A DNA stretch of 64,000 nt from an uncultured Nitrososphaeraceae archaeon. GTDB lineage: Archaea > Thermoproteota > Nitrososphaeria > Nitrososphaerales > Nitrososphaeraceae. The stretch lies in assembly GCA_963837175.1 (NCBI GenBank), contig CAWIMJ010000050.1, positions 128,001-192,000 on the forward strand, given 5' to 3'. Under the pieces are notes generated by a model. That model had not been told where the DNA came from. It did not search any database and worked only from the letters and a program-made list of their open reading frames with translations. Position numbers and translations under genes: made by a program. Positions 1 through 10,965 of the stretch are shown piece after piece (position 1 is the stretch's first letter; each line of letters starts with the position of its first letter).

Positions 1-465
1 GATAATCCTAAAAAATAATATATATAAGTATAACCCATAACAAACGTACTTTGCAGACGTTCTGTTTCTTTTAAATAAATATGTGCATAAAAGAAGTAGG
101 ATTCATCCAGCTATAGATTTATCGCTAAGTTAACAGAGCCCCTTATATCATTATATCTACCTCTCGCTTAATGATAGGACAAAACACTTGAGATTGAAAT
201 TTGAAATAATACATCTTATATAACTCTAGCTAACTATTAACTACTAAGAAATTCTATTAGAAGCTTCTTTTTTATTGGATATTATCATAAGCTTAAAATT
301 GACTATTGCAAAGGCAGTAAATTAGAATGCATATTCGCTAGGATTTCTGTAGTAAGATCTCAATAAATTCCTCACGTTCTTTATTATATTGCATTATATT
401 ACATAAAATTAATGATACATACATACAGACTGTTTAAATGATATAAATGCGTGTTCGTTAAACAC

Positions 466-615
466 ATGCATCCTGGAGATCTCGACTGTATATGGACATG
501 CCATGAATGTAATTCTAGTTTTATTTTTCATTCAGACGTTGATGAACATAAAGAAAAGACTGGACATTCAGTAGTATCAAAGTTTGATCTACTTTCAGGA
601 AAATTATTAGCCTAA
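466..615 (+). CDS. Micro C2H2 zinc-finger protein (49 aa), not in the ORF track
   Basis: Hand translation MHPGDLDCIWTCHECNSSFIFHSDVDEHKEKTGHSVVSKFDLLSGKLLA*; C-x2-C-x12-H-x5-H with the typical aromatic residue; alternative GTG start at 451. Confidence 0.7.
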   Translation: MHPGDLDCIWTCHECNSSFIFHSDVDEHKEKTGHSVVSKFDLLSGKLLA

Positions 616-978
616 GCCTTACCAATAGCTTCTACTGACCAGCACTTATGTTATGACAATATATGCACATATCGCATATTGTAATTTATAGTGGAGAAAT
701 ATAAGGACCATAGTAAAGGTTTTCAGATCTATTTTGTCGTTTAGGTAGTTCCATTCTTTACTGGAGCGCAATGTACTACAAGCACACAAAATTTCTATTA
801 ATGTATATATGTATACATGTTCATTTGATTTAGCATGGAAAAAAGATTATCTGATGAATGTATGAATATGTATACTTTTGCTCATAATATCTTTATCATT
901 AAAGCAAAAATATCTTATAATAGATAACCATGCATAATCTTATAATTGGGTCATTATTAAGATATAATTGTTATATAT

Positions 979-1495
979 ATGCCTAATATAAACATGTCAC
1001 AAGAATTAATAGTTGTTCTTATAGTGTTAATATTATTACTAACTGAAATATCCACTGTTCCTTCATTACAAATAAGAATCTATGGGCAGGCAGCAGAACA
1101 CCCAACAACAAACCCAACCAAAAATCGAGCAGGACCAAATTATTGATATGAGCAAAGTGATTAATCAGATTGGACAACAAGTTGCAACCGCAAGACCTGA
1201 TAGCAATTCAACCCTTGTACAGCAAGTAATTATACAATTAGCTAAACACGCAGCCGAACATTCTAGCAAAGCACAGGTAGACAAGGAAATTGCCCTGATC
1301 GCTTCACAAGTTGATAAAGATCCCAACGGTATTGTATCACAACTATTATCGCATTTTGCAAAAGAACTATCATCACAGCAAGGGGGAAATGGATTTGATG
1401 ATGCTTTGGTAGGACAAGACCAAATGCCATCTGTAGTAACCACACTGCCCGATGGAGAAGTGGCTACTGAGCCTGATAACTCTGGAGCAGGATAA
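979..1495 (+). CDS. Secreted Gln-rich hypothetical protein, one +1 frameshift near 1090
   Basis: ATG979 encodes a hydrophobic signal-like segment (LIVVLIVLILLL...IYGQ); deleting one G at 1089-1090 joins it to ORF 1082..1495, giving 171 aa. Confidence 0.6.
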
Positions 1496-2103
1496 AAATA
1501 AGTACGATACAGTCATTCAATTGTAGAATAACAATTCTCTTTTTTTATGTTTGTTATACTTTATTTAATATGAAAATAAATAAAATCCTATCCTTCTAAA
1601 CAACAAAAGTAAATATAAGAATCTGGCAAGGAAAAACCTGTGAGATAATTAAGATCTATACAAGTATACTAATGCATTGATAGAAAAGTTATAAATGACC
1701 ACAAAAATTCCGTCGACCACAGTACCAAATCAATAGCGTGAGGTCTTATATGGATGAATTGGCGACTATTTTTCTAAATTAATAATTATACTGGTATCGT
1801 GATGTGTGTTTTATATCCTCATCAAGTCTATTTGGTCAGAAAAGGTGGCAGCAACATACTCTATTAACTTACAACCACTATCTCGAATATCTTAATCGAT
1901 GACTAATCGTCATTTTGTCACTTTCTATATGAGGTTACATAGATATTATTAGCATAGTAAGTAGTTTTTAATATCTAATGAAACTAATAAAAAAACTAGA
2001 CTCATTTATGGCTATATTAAAAGTGCTAAAAGTGACATGACATCTAAAATACTTGGATAAAAAAGATTAAAAAAGGGGATTAATATATTAATTTTATGCT
2101 ATC

Positions 2104-2298
2104 TCATTGTGGCTCTGAAAATACTTTGAGTTCTTGAGGATTTTTCATCTTTTTCTTATATTGCCTAAGATAGTCAGTTGCCTCTTTTTCAGATTCAAAT
2201 CGTGCTTCTCCTCTAAATGATCCATTCTTGTCAATTAGAGTGATAGCGTTCCAAGTTCCATTTTTTCCAAGTCTTTTCACAACATACATCTTCTGCAT
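2104..2298 (-). CDS. Small hypothetical protein (64 aa)
   Basis: Clean ORF with protein-like composition; no family recognised with certainty. Confidence 0.65.
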   Translation of the reverse strand: MQKMYVVKRLGKNGTWNAITLIDKNGSFRGEARFESEKEATDYLRQYKKKMKNPQELKVFSEPQ

Positions 2299-2647
2299 TA
2301 TTAATATAATTGCAATAATAAAAGATAGATCTTCTTTAAAACAGCATATACTGGAAGACTAACAAGCAGTCCTTTAGAATTGCTAATGTTTGAAGCATGG
2401 CAGATTCATCCATTTATTATTAGATTCAGTAATATGTTGGTGGAGATTGCTTAAACAATAACTTGGAAAGGTCGGGAGTAAAATTTCAAAACTGATATGT
2501 CTATATTTGAGTTTATTGAATATTTTTTATGTTTTATTATGTAGACTATAACGTTGCCATATCTATATCTAATTCTTTTACTTGTTCTATGCATATCAGA
2601 GCATTAGATCCATTTGAAAATATTAAATCTACCAAGGTGACCACTAT

Positions 2648-3040
2648 TTAGATATCTAGAATCATATCAGCGAGTCTAGCAAGTCTAATAGGTTTTATTA
2701 TTATTCCGACTTTTTTATTTCGGAAAAACTCATCATTATTCAATTGTTCTTTTATATTTTCATAAGCCGTTATTATCAGAATTTTGGCAGAGGGAAATTT
2801 GGCAAAGATTTCTCTTGCGGCCTGAAGACCATTCTTTAGTCCAGGGAGCTTATAGTCTATGATTACCAGATCTGGTCTGTATTTTTCAAAATCCATCAAC
2901 GCGTCATCAGCCGTTGTTGAGCTTGCAATTATAGAATGTCCCTTAGTCTTCAGATAATCCTTGTATAATACAAGTATGTCATGTTCATCCTCTACTATCA
3001 TAACTTTACGAATCTGTCTTTGTTGCCGGTCCATTCTCAT
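2648..3040 (-). CDS. Standalone response-regulator receiver (CheY-like)
   Basis: IVEDE acidic pocket, PDLVIID phospho-Asp, ITAY and IIKP motifs. Confidence 0.9.
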   Translation of the reverse strand: MRMDRQQRQIRKVMIVEDEHDILVLYKDYLKTKGHSIIASSTTADDALMDFEKYRPDLVIIDYKLPGLKNGLQAAREIFAKFPSAKILIITAYENIKEQLNNDEFFRNKKVGIIIKPIRLARLADMILDI

Positions 3041-3625
3041 CTAGGTTATATTGTAAATAATTGTTAAAAAAGATATTATGGATACCTTTGAGGAAATATA
3101 AGGCATAACACTTTGATTTTTTTGATATTGCATTATTTTCGTATTTAATACGATGAGAATTAACAACGTATATCGGTTAAACGTTCAAAAAAATTAATAG
3201 TACTATCTCAGAACTATCCTTCACCACACTACTTACCTCATTTGGCTTATCTAGTCTGACTAGTAATAGCAAATATGCGAGGGGGAAGGAGCCTAGTCAG
3301 TTCTATCATACTAATAGCAAAATAATCGAAGGCATAAGTAGAAGTTCAAGATATACACTTAAGATATACACAGCAGCCTACTTTTTTTCCATTCTCAATC
3401 ATTGCTTTTCAAAAAATTCTCATTATACAATCGATTATATGCCATATTTAATTAGGCAACCTATTTTCTTTCATTATACTTACAAGCTGATCATGAATTG
3501 ATAATTTCAGAATATGACTACTCTATTATTGTAATACGCTGATTTGTGTTTATGACAAGAATCATGCGATATTCACTATCAAACGGCTAGTATGTAGTTA
3601 GATTCATATAAACTAAATCTTCTTT

Positions 3626-4921
3626 TCACACAGATGCCGGCCTAAACCGCAGGAGCGCGCCAATTTTTCCCAAGCTGACCAGCTGTGCTCCTTCCTCTGT
3701 TCTGCCGGATATGACCTCTAGCTTACTACCTGTCATTATAGTCATTTCCTCTAAGTAGTCGACAATATCCTTTTCAGCAGTTTCAAAGTCAACTGCTCCA
3801 CAAGAAGGACAAGGTTTTGATAATATTTCCTGCCTTGCTGAAATCAATGTAGACCTATCAAGAAATTGCTCTTGAATGTTACTACATCTTTTACATTTTA
3901 CATCAATTTTCAAATAGCCAATATCATCTGTAACTATGACCAGCTCGACAATGCCATTTTTCAATGCTTTTATCACATCGAAGATCCCATATATGCCAAG
4001 ACCTTTTCCAGAGTATACCTCACCCATGAACTTTTTTAACATTTTTTTTTCTTCCATCAGACGATATTCTGTCATTACCCCTTGTTCCTGAATCTTGTCA
4101 ATGAGTTCTCTGACTCCTTCATCTCCAGAATATGAGGAATCCAGTGTGGAAATAATGTTATTCTGCAATCTATAATCAAGATACTCCTCTCTAAGAAAGT
4201 TATCCTTTGTTGGACCAGGTCCACCTACAATGATACCTCGGACTTTGAATTGGTCGACAAAGACTTTTTGGGCGTGGTCTGCTACCCTATGATAAAATTC
4301 ATTTAATTCATTATCGCGAAGCCGTTCAAATCTTCTAGCAGATTGACCCCCTTGTCTATGCTTTCCTGCGACGCCAGAAGTTAAAGTGTCTATGACCTCC
4401 CATCTATCTCCAGTAAGAATTCCAAGACCTGCCTCCTGAGTATCTAAAGCTAATATTCCTGTTACCTTATCATCTTTCATCATATCTTTCAAATGATCGA
4501 TCCAAAAATGATCGTCACATCGATAAAGATTAATTTGAACGGGTTTGGGTGGAATGACAGAATAGAGTTCAATTTTTTCTGTACCAAAACCTTTACCCGT
4601 TGGAATAGCGCCACAGAAAATGACAAGACCATTTTCAGGTGGTTCTTTAAAGAGCTTAAGATGTTCTATAGTTCTATTTAACGCGTCTTGGACATGCGTC
4701 CTCGTTAGATCAGACTTTATATTCGATGCGGTTCCAGCCTCATTTCGTAATTGAGATATAATATCAAAAATAGGACGTCGTGGAGGAATATATACAGTCA
4801 CTAACTCTGTTCCATGACCTGATATATTCGATAGTTCGTTAAGCATTTTTGTAAGTTTATATCTTTTAACCGAGTCCCATTTAGACTGATTAGTATTTGA
4901 ATTCATTGCAGCTAATAACAA
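3626..4921 (-). CDS. prf1: Peptide chain release factor aRF1
   Basis: TASNIKS, YRCD and GGQS motifs; C-terminal CKRC/CPSC Zn ribbon. Confidence 0.97.
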   Translation of the reverse strand: MLLAAMNSNTNQSKWDSVKRYKLTKMLNELSNISGHGTELVTVYIPPRRPIFDIISQLRNEAGTASNIKSDLTRTHVQDALNRTIEHLKLFKEPPENGLVIFCGAIPTGKGFGTEKIELYSVIPPKPVQINLYRCDDHFWIDHLKDMMKDDKVTGILALDTQEAGLGILTGDRWEVIDTLTSGVAGKHRQGGQSARRFERLRDNELNEFYHRVADHAQKVFVDQFKVRGIIVGGPGPTKDNFLREEYLDYRLQNNIISTLDSSYSGDEGVRELIDKIQEQGVMTEYRLMEEKKMLKKFMGEVYSGKGLGIYGIFDVIKALKNGIVELVIVTDDIGYLKIDVKCKRCSNIQEQFLDRSTLISARQEILSKPCPSCGAVDFETAEKDIVDYLEEMTIMTGSKLEVISGRTEEGAQLVSLGKIGALLRFRPASV

Positions 4922-4939
4922 CGAAATTGAAATATAACG

Positions 4940-4946
4940 TATATAA
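4940..4946 (-). promoter_or_regulatory. Putative TATA box for aRF1
   Basis: TTATATA on the minus strand about 20-25 nt upstream of the ORF start, the spacing expected for archaeal leaderless transcripts. Confidence 0.45.
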
Positions 4947-5102
4947 GGCTATCAAATATTACTTTCGAAAAGATCTTTCCAGAGCCATTTATTAATCATA
5001 TACTTAAATAATCTCTGGATTACAAGACATTTAGTAAATTATTATTTTTTATTGAGAGAATGTACCGAAAGTAATTGATGCGAAATTATAAATCAGTATC
5101 CA

Positions 5103-5678
5103 ATGAATATAAATCTATATACAATGCTTCCGAGGCTTGAATATATTAAACAAGCAAGAGTTAGATTAAGTATAACACAGCGAAGATTGGCACAACTTGC
5201 GGGCATCAGCACGTCCATGATTAATCAGATTGAGTCAGGTAGATGCAAACCTAGTTATGAAACTGCTAGGAAGATATTTGAGATTTTAAGTTCTTTAGAA
5301 GGTCAATCGTCGATGAAGGCTGGCGATATATGTAACCGTAACTTGATTTCTGCACAAAAGCATGAAACTCTCCATGCCGTAATTAATAAAATGAGAAGTA
5401 ATTCAATAAGCCAGGTACCTGTATTCGATGGTTCCCGCGTTGTAGGAATTTTGAGTGAGGATGCCCTTGCGAAAAGCATGGTAGAGAAAGATGAAAAGAA
5501 GCTACGAAATATCATGATCATGATAATGATGGAGTCTCCTCCACCAGTTGTTGACGTTTCCACGCCTGCAAAGGCTCTTGTACCTCTAGTGAGATTCGCC
5601 AAATGTGTGTTGGTCAGCGAAAAAGGAGATGTTGTAGGCATAATAACTGTAACTGACATTTTAAAAATGGTAGAATAG
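5103..5678 (+). CDS. XRE-family HTH plus CBS-pair transcriptional regulator
   Basis: ITQRRLAQLAGISTSMINQIESGRCKPS HTH followed by two CBS repeats (SQVPV, VVGIIT). Confidence 0.9.
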   Translation: MNINLYTMLPRLEYIKQARVRLSITQRRLAQLAGISTSMINQIESGRCKPSYETARKIFEILSSLEGQSSMKAGDICNRNLISAQKHETLHAVINKMRSNSISQVPVFDGSRVVGILSEDALAKSMVEKDEKKLRNIMIMIMMESPPPVVDVSTPAKALVPLVRFAKCVLVSEKGDVVGIITVTDILKMVE

Positions 5679-5693
5679 TATAATATTAATCAG

Positions 5694-5882
5694 TCACGTA
5701 ATTTTTTCCAGGCCAATGCAACAATCTGCAGACTTAATACATTCACTACAAATATTCAGTTCACTATTTTCTGGCAGTGAGCATTGGCACAATGCACATT
5801 CTTTCTTTACATGTGCTTCATTTAGATTTTCCGTTACCAATATGATAACATATGAAAAGGAATATTTGAATTCTTCTGTCAA
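5694..5882 (-). CDS. Small Cys-rich zinc-binding protein
   Basis: CALC...CSEC...CC in a 62-aa ORF; start codon uncertain. Confidence 0.5.
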   Translation of the reverse strand: MTEEFKYSFSYVIILVTENLNEAHVKKECALCQCSLPENSELNICSECIKSADCCIGLEKIT

Positions 5883-6097
5883 TTTATTAAATTCTTCTTA
5901 TAGAAAAATATTATCAATAAGGTATGTTGCAAGCAAAGTCATACTTATAGAATTAAGCAAAGTGCAGGTTCGATGGATTTGTATGTATTACTTATTTAAT
6001 ATGAGAGAAACACAATTTCTTTATTAAACTCGTATAAATAATATCAATTGATTTTTTTATTAGAATTTTATCGGTTAATTTTATAGAATTTGAGAAC

Positions 6098-6130
6098 TAT
6101 AAATATAAATATAAATATAAATATATATAT
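6098..6130. repeat. Short tandem repeat (TATAAA)n
   Basis: tataaatataaatataaatataaatatatatat. Confidence 0.5.
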
Positions 6131-6511
6131 TTATTCTGTTGTTCAGAAAGATTAGGATTTAATCAGGTGACATATTTTTTGTGCCAGTTAATTTAAGAGC
6201 CTTATTAATGATCTTAGTCTATTTTTTCTTCCCAAATAATTGGTTCAGTTCTTGAAAATTGATGCGATTTACTATCTTAATCGTGATATTTGAACTTTAA
6301 AACTATTCTATTTAGCCGGTTATTGCAATTCGTAAATATGCAAGGCACATTTACTACTATTATTATTTTAAGCTCACCTTATAAATTGATTATATTTAAC
6401 CAGCAGCAAGTTATACGGAAAACACTGCTCAGTTAATCAATTGATGAATTGGATTTTTACAAAATCATTTGAATCAATTTAATCTTCTTTATGACATTAC
6501 TAATACATCTT

Positions 6512-7911
6512 CTAAATGCTCACAGGAAGTTCAACCTTCTTCCATAGCGTTCTGCTTTTATGGTCCATTAGTTCAACATTATAATTATCAATCAATTTCC
6601 TTCTGATAAAATCAGACTCTTGAAATTTTTTTTCAGTTCTAAATTTATTTCGGAGTAACAATTAGATCTTCAATTTCTTTTCTTTCGTTTTCTGCTGGTG
6701 CTAGTACTCTAAGCCCTAGTATTTCCATACAATGGTTAAAAGATACTAGAGCTATCTGAGACATATCCAAGGTAAGATTTTCATCTGCTGCATAGCGGTT
6801 TATAGCTCGCTACAAACTTCATAAAAATTGTAAGGGCCATTGATATATTCAAATCATCTTCTAATGCAGCCTTGAATTCTTTAGTATAATCTTGAGATAA
6901 TAATTCTATGGCTTTGAGCTGTCCTCCGTATCCATTGGCAAATCGTAGCTCATACGCACAGGTTTCTATCTGTCGCCATCTCTGTATGGATTCTAAAAGA
7001 ATTTGATCTGAGAAATCAAGTGGTTTAGAATATTGCACCGAAATACAAAAAATCCGTAGAGAATTTGCTCCCCATCTATCAATACCTTCGCGAACAGTTA
7101 TGATATTACCAAGAGATTTTGACATTTTTTCAGAATTGATAGTAACCATGCCTGTATGTAGCCATAATTTTGCGAAGAGATTTCCAGAGAAGGCCTCTGA
7201 CTGAGCAATTTCATTTTCGTGATGTGGAAAAATAAGATCACTTCCACCTCCATGTATCTCAAAAGGATTTCCAAAATATTTCAAAGCCATCGTAGAACAT
7301 TCTATGTGCCATCCAGGTCTGCCTTTTCCCCATGGACTATCCCATGTCGGTTCCTCAGAATAAAATTTCCATAAAGCAAAATCAAGGGGGTCCTGTTTAG
7401 ACTTATCAATCTCAACTCTTGCTCCTGCTTCCAATTCTTTGATAGTTTTCTTTGATAATTTACCGTATGTCGAAAAGGACTTGACACGAAAATAGACGCC
7501 ATTAAGCGAGATATATGCATAATTCTTTTTGATAAGGTATTCAATAAGATTTATCATTTCTTCTATATGCTCGGTAGCGCACGGGAATAGATTAGCTGGC
7601 CGTACATTTAGACAAGAGAAATCTGTTAAATAATTTTTAATATATTTTGTAGCTATTTCTTTTGCACTCAATCCTTCTTTTTTAGCACGATAAATTATCT
7701 TATCATCTACATCGGTAAAATTTTGAATAAAGTTTACGGTATATCCCTCAAATTCAAGGTATCTACGTAGCACATCAAAAATAATTATTGTTCTTGCATG
7801 ACCTATATGAGAGTCATCGTATACCGTGACTCCACATAGATAAATTCTCACAGTCTTGTTTTGCGTGCCAATTTCTTCAACAGTCCTAGTAAGTGTATTG
7901 TATAATTTCAA
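6512..7911 (-). CDS. cysS: Cysteine--tRNA ligase, two apparent +1 frameshifts (~6808, ~6660)
   Basis: CGVTVYD, HIGH, GRPGWHIEC and KMSKS; the C-terminal part (INRYAAD...ILGL; RNKFRTEKKFQESDFIRRKL...W) continues in shifted frames to TAG at 6512; repaired length 465 aa. Confidence 0.93.
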
Positions 7912-7981
7912 ATTTCAAAACCTTCAATTATGAATATTTTATTTAACGTGATTTGTCAGAGCTTCCGTCAGAAAATATTTT

Positions 7982-8287
7982 TTAGATATCTACAAAAATC
8001 TCATTATTATTTATGTTAACTTCATATGTTGTTAGCTTTACGCCTTCTAGGTAGTCTAACAATTCACCGGTTTTGATATTATAGTGCCAGGAATGTAGTG
8101 GACATTCGAGTACTTCGCCGTCAATTTTTCCTGGGGCTAAAGAACCGTCCTGATGACGACATAGTGCCTCAATGGCATAATATCTGCCGTTTGCGTAGAA
8201 TAAGGCAATTCTTGTGCCATTTATGTTGATCTCTTTTCCATGATTGTCTTTGATATCTTCCTGATGGCCTACTTTGATCCATGTCAT
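7982..8287 (-). CDS. Rieske [2Fe-2S] ferredoxin
   Basis: CRH...CPLH Rieske ligand motifs; 101 aa. Confidence 0.92.
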   Translation of the reverse strand: MTWIKVGHQEDIKDNHGKEININGTRIALFYANGRYYAIEALCRHQDGSLAPGKIDGEVLECPLHSWHYNIKTGELLDYLEGVKLTTYEVNINNNEIFVDI

Positions 8288-8649
8288 TACGATTCTTCTT
8301 TAATACGACGTACACGGCTATAAAATCTTATCAAAATTTAATGAAGCTATGGATTTTTTTATTTTCTTGATACTCCGCAGAGGGAATAAACTTACACTAG
8401 TTCGCTGCTAATAATTATATCAGGAGGATTTTTTACAACAGCCGTAAGCATCTAGTTTTATCAGATTTCTCCGATAACACAATATCACAAGCTAGGCAGG
8501 AAACATTTACCATATTAACAATACGTTAACTCAGAAGTGTGTGCTTATACAATAGCTCTATTGAAACTAAAGAAGATTAATATAAAATATTTTCTAATCG
8601 TAATATTATTTGGTTTTGAATAATACCTCTTCAATAGGAGAGCTTGTAG

Positions 8650-8898
8650 TTATTTTTTTGTCTTATACTTTATAGCCCATTGTTGATACATTTCAATTAA
8701 TTGGATAACGTCATCTGAATTCTCTGAATATGCAATTATAATACCAAATTTCCCCTTATTATCGTGTCCTCTTGCAAAATAACCCCAATAGCTATCTGGT
8801 AGCCTTTCGAAATTTGATTTATTCATAGCAATACCCATCAGATTTTCGCCCACACTTTTGACAACCTTAATGGCATCATCTGCTTCAATCATTATCAT
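8650..8898 (-). CDS. Hypothetical protein
   Basis: C-terminal ~80 aa of ORF 8650..9051 look protein-like; ATG 8898 or 8892 preferred as start. Confidence 0.55.
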   Translation of the reverse strand: MIMIEADDAIKVVKSVGENLMGIAMNKSNFERLPDSYWGYFARGHDNKGKFGIIIAYSENSDDVIQLIEMYQQWAIKYKTKK

Positions 8899-9348
8899 TC
8901 TAATAATACAATAAGCTATCATAACATCTTTTGCTTTTCGGACCAAGTGGATCAAAACTATCGTCATTCTCTTCATATGTGTTCGGTAGTGTTGTAAAAT
9001 ATTATAGCAGGTGACAGAATTAAATAAAAAAGGTTGAACAGTGTCTCTCAAATCAGGAAAAAAAGAATCTAATTAATAATGGTAATATAAAATATTGGAT
9101 TATTTATATGTAAAATCATCTAGAAGATTCAAAGTTATTAGAGGAAATATAACATATTATTTTGCTTTATTGCTTTATTAATATATTACAGGATGTAATC
9201 ACCATTTAACTTTATCATGTTTATGAGACGACTAGATATAGATAAGTAATAACGTCTATACAACTCATTGCTTTTTGTGCTTGAAGACCTTTGGAAGGAA
9301 AAATTTAGAGTTGCAATACTAAGACATTATGCATTAAATGAATTATAA

Positions 9349-10578
9349 CTAATCCCATTTATCAAGATAAAGTCTCTGTGAGTCTGTCATTGTATCAATT
9401 TCTATATTCATGGCAGCAAGTGCATATTTAGCAATGCTTAGATCAATTTCGCTTGGAACACTATAAACCTTATTATCCATCTTACTGTAATTTTTTGAAA
9501 GAAAGATAATTGACATTATTTGATTTGCAAAAGATAGTGCCATTACTTCTGGTGGATGTCCTTCTGCACCAACAAGATTAACTACTCTTCCCTTCGATAC
9601 GAGATAGATTTTCTTACCAAGAATCTTGAAGCAATCGATGTTGGTTCTAACAGTTACAGGTGATTTATCTTGAGAATAGAGGTATTTTATATCAATCTCT
9701 CTATCAAAATGACCTGCATTGGTTAAAATAGCGCCACACTTCATTTTTTTAATATGTTCTTTACGAATGACATTTGTCTGACCAGTACAAGTTATAAATA
9801 TATCTCCGATAGAAACAGCATCATATAATGGCTTTACATTGAAACCATCCATATTTGCTTCGATTGCTTTTATAGGGTTAATCTCTGTTACAGTAACGAT
9901 AGCTCCCATGCCTCTAGCTCTAGCTGCAACTCCTTTACCTACCCAACCATAACCACATACAACAATTTGTTTTCCTGGTATGAAAAGTGACGTAGTCCTT
10001 AAAATGCCATCTATCGTGCTTTGGCCTGTTCCATATCTATTATCAAACATATGCTTTGTATAAGCATCGTTGACTGCTATTACAGGGTACAATAATCTTT
10101 TTCTTCTCTCTAATGCTTTCAATCTCTTCACACCAGAAGCCGTTTCTTCCGAACCTCCAAATATTTTCGCTTTCGCTTTATTAGCAGCTATATGTAAATC
10201 AGAACCATCATCAGTTATGATGTTGGGTTGAAATTTAAGGACAGAACCAATGCATTCATCATACTCTCTTTTTGTTTCACCTCTCCAGGCAAAGGTGATT
10301 ATTCCTTCAGAGGACAGAAATGCGGCAATATCATCTTGTACGGATAAGGGATTTGCGGAGCACAAGGCTATATCTGCACCAAGTTGTTTTGCAGTCATCA
10401 CTAAAACAGAGGTTTCCTTTGTGATATGAAGGCAAAAACCTATTCTATAGCCTGATAGAGGCTTTTTCTTTTCATATTTATTTTTGATCTTATCAAGAAT
10501 TGACATATGATCGCTAGCCCATTGATATGATAATTTTCCCTTTTGCGCTAGCCTAATATCTGCTATTTTAGAAGACAA
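9349..10578 (-). CDS. ahcY: Adenosylhomocysteinase, divergent paralogue 1
   Basis: HITKET, NPLS.QDD, DDGSD, KHMFDNRYGTGQS, GYGWVGKG, GHFD and GHPPEVM. Confidence 0.92.
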   Translation of the reverse strand: MSSKIADIRLAQKGKLSYQWASDHMSILDKIKNKYEKKKPLSGYRIGFCLHITKETSVLVMTAKQLGADIALCSANPLSVQDDIAAFLSSEGIITFAWRGETKREYDECIGSVLKFQPNIITDDGSDLHIAANKAKAKIFGGSEETASGVKRLKALERRKRLLYPVIAVNDAYTKHMFDNRYGTGQSTIDGILRTTSLFIPGKQIVVCGYGWVGKGVAARARGMGAIVTVTEINPIKAIEANMDGFNVKPLYDAVSIGDIFITCTGQTNVIRKEHIKKMKCGAILTNAGHFDREIDIKYLYSQDKSPVTVRTNIDCFKILGKKIYLVSKGRVVNLVGAEGHPPEVMALSFANQIMSIIFLSKNYSKMDNKVYSVPSEIDLSIAKYALAAMNIEIDTMTDSQRLYLDKWD

Positions 10579-10965
10579 TTAAGGATATAGTGAATATCAT
10601 ATAAAAAAAGGTAATGAGAATATCAGGATGAAAAGTAACTTTCATTTTTAAGTGTTATTGCGCTTTGAATCCCGAGCACTCTTTCATTGTAGAGCCAATA
10701 ATGCAATAGAGATCTTAGTTGTCATGAATTAAAGCCATTCATTTGTATATCCTGATTCTTCTATAGATATACTTAGAAACAACTTGGCGAGTATCGTAAC
10801 AAGTACCACCAACTTCTCTTCATAAAAAAACTATAGAATGATTTTCTTACATTTGATCAGAGATAGGTCTATAACGGCTAAAAAATATATATACAATTTT
10901 AGATGATTTTGGTTATTTCCAGCCGAAAGATAGCTTAAAATCAGTCAGATTATGACCACCTTTTA

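Noticed and set aside
10617-10762. ATCAGGAT/ATCCTGAT inverted repeat upstream of ahcY copy 1 as a possible SAH riboswitch
   Set aside because: No SAH riboswitch consensus recognised, and a TATA-like box about 25 nt before the start suggests a leaderless transcript that excludes this region
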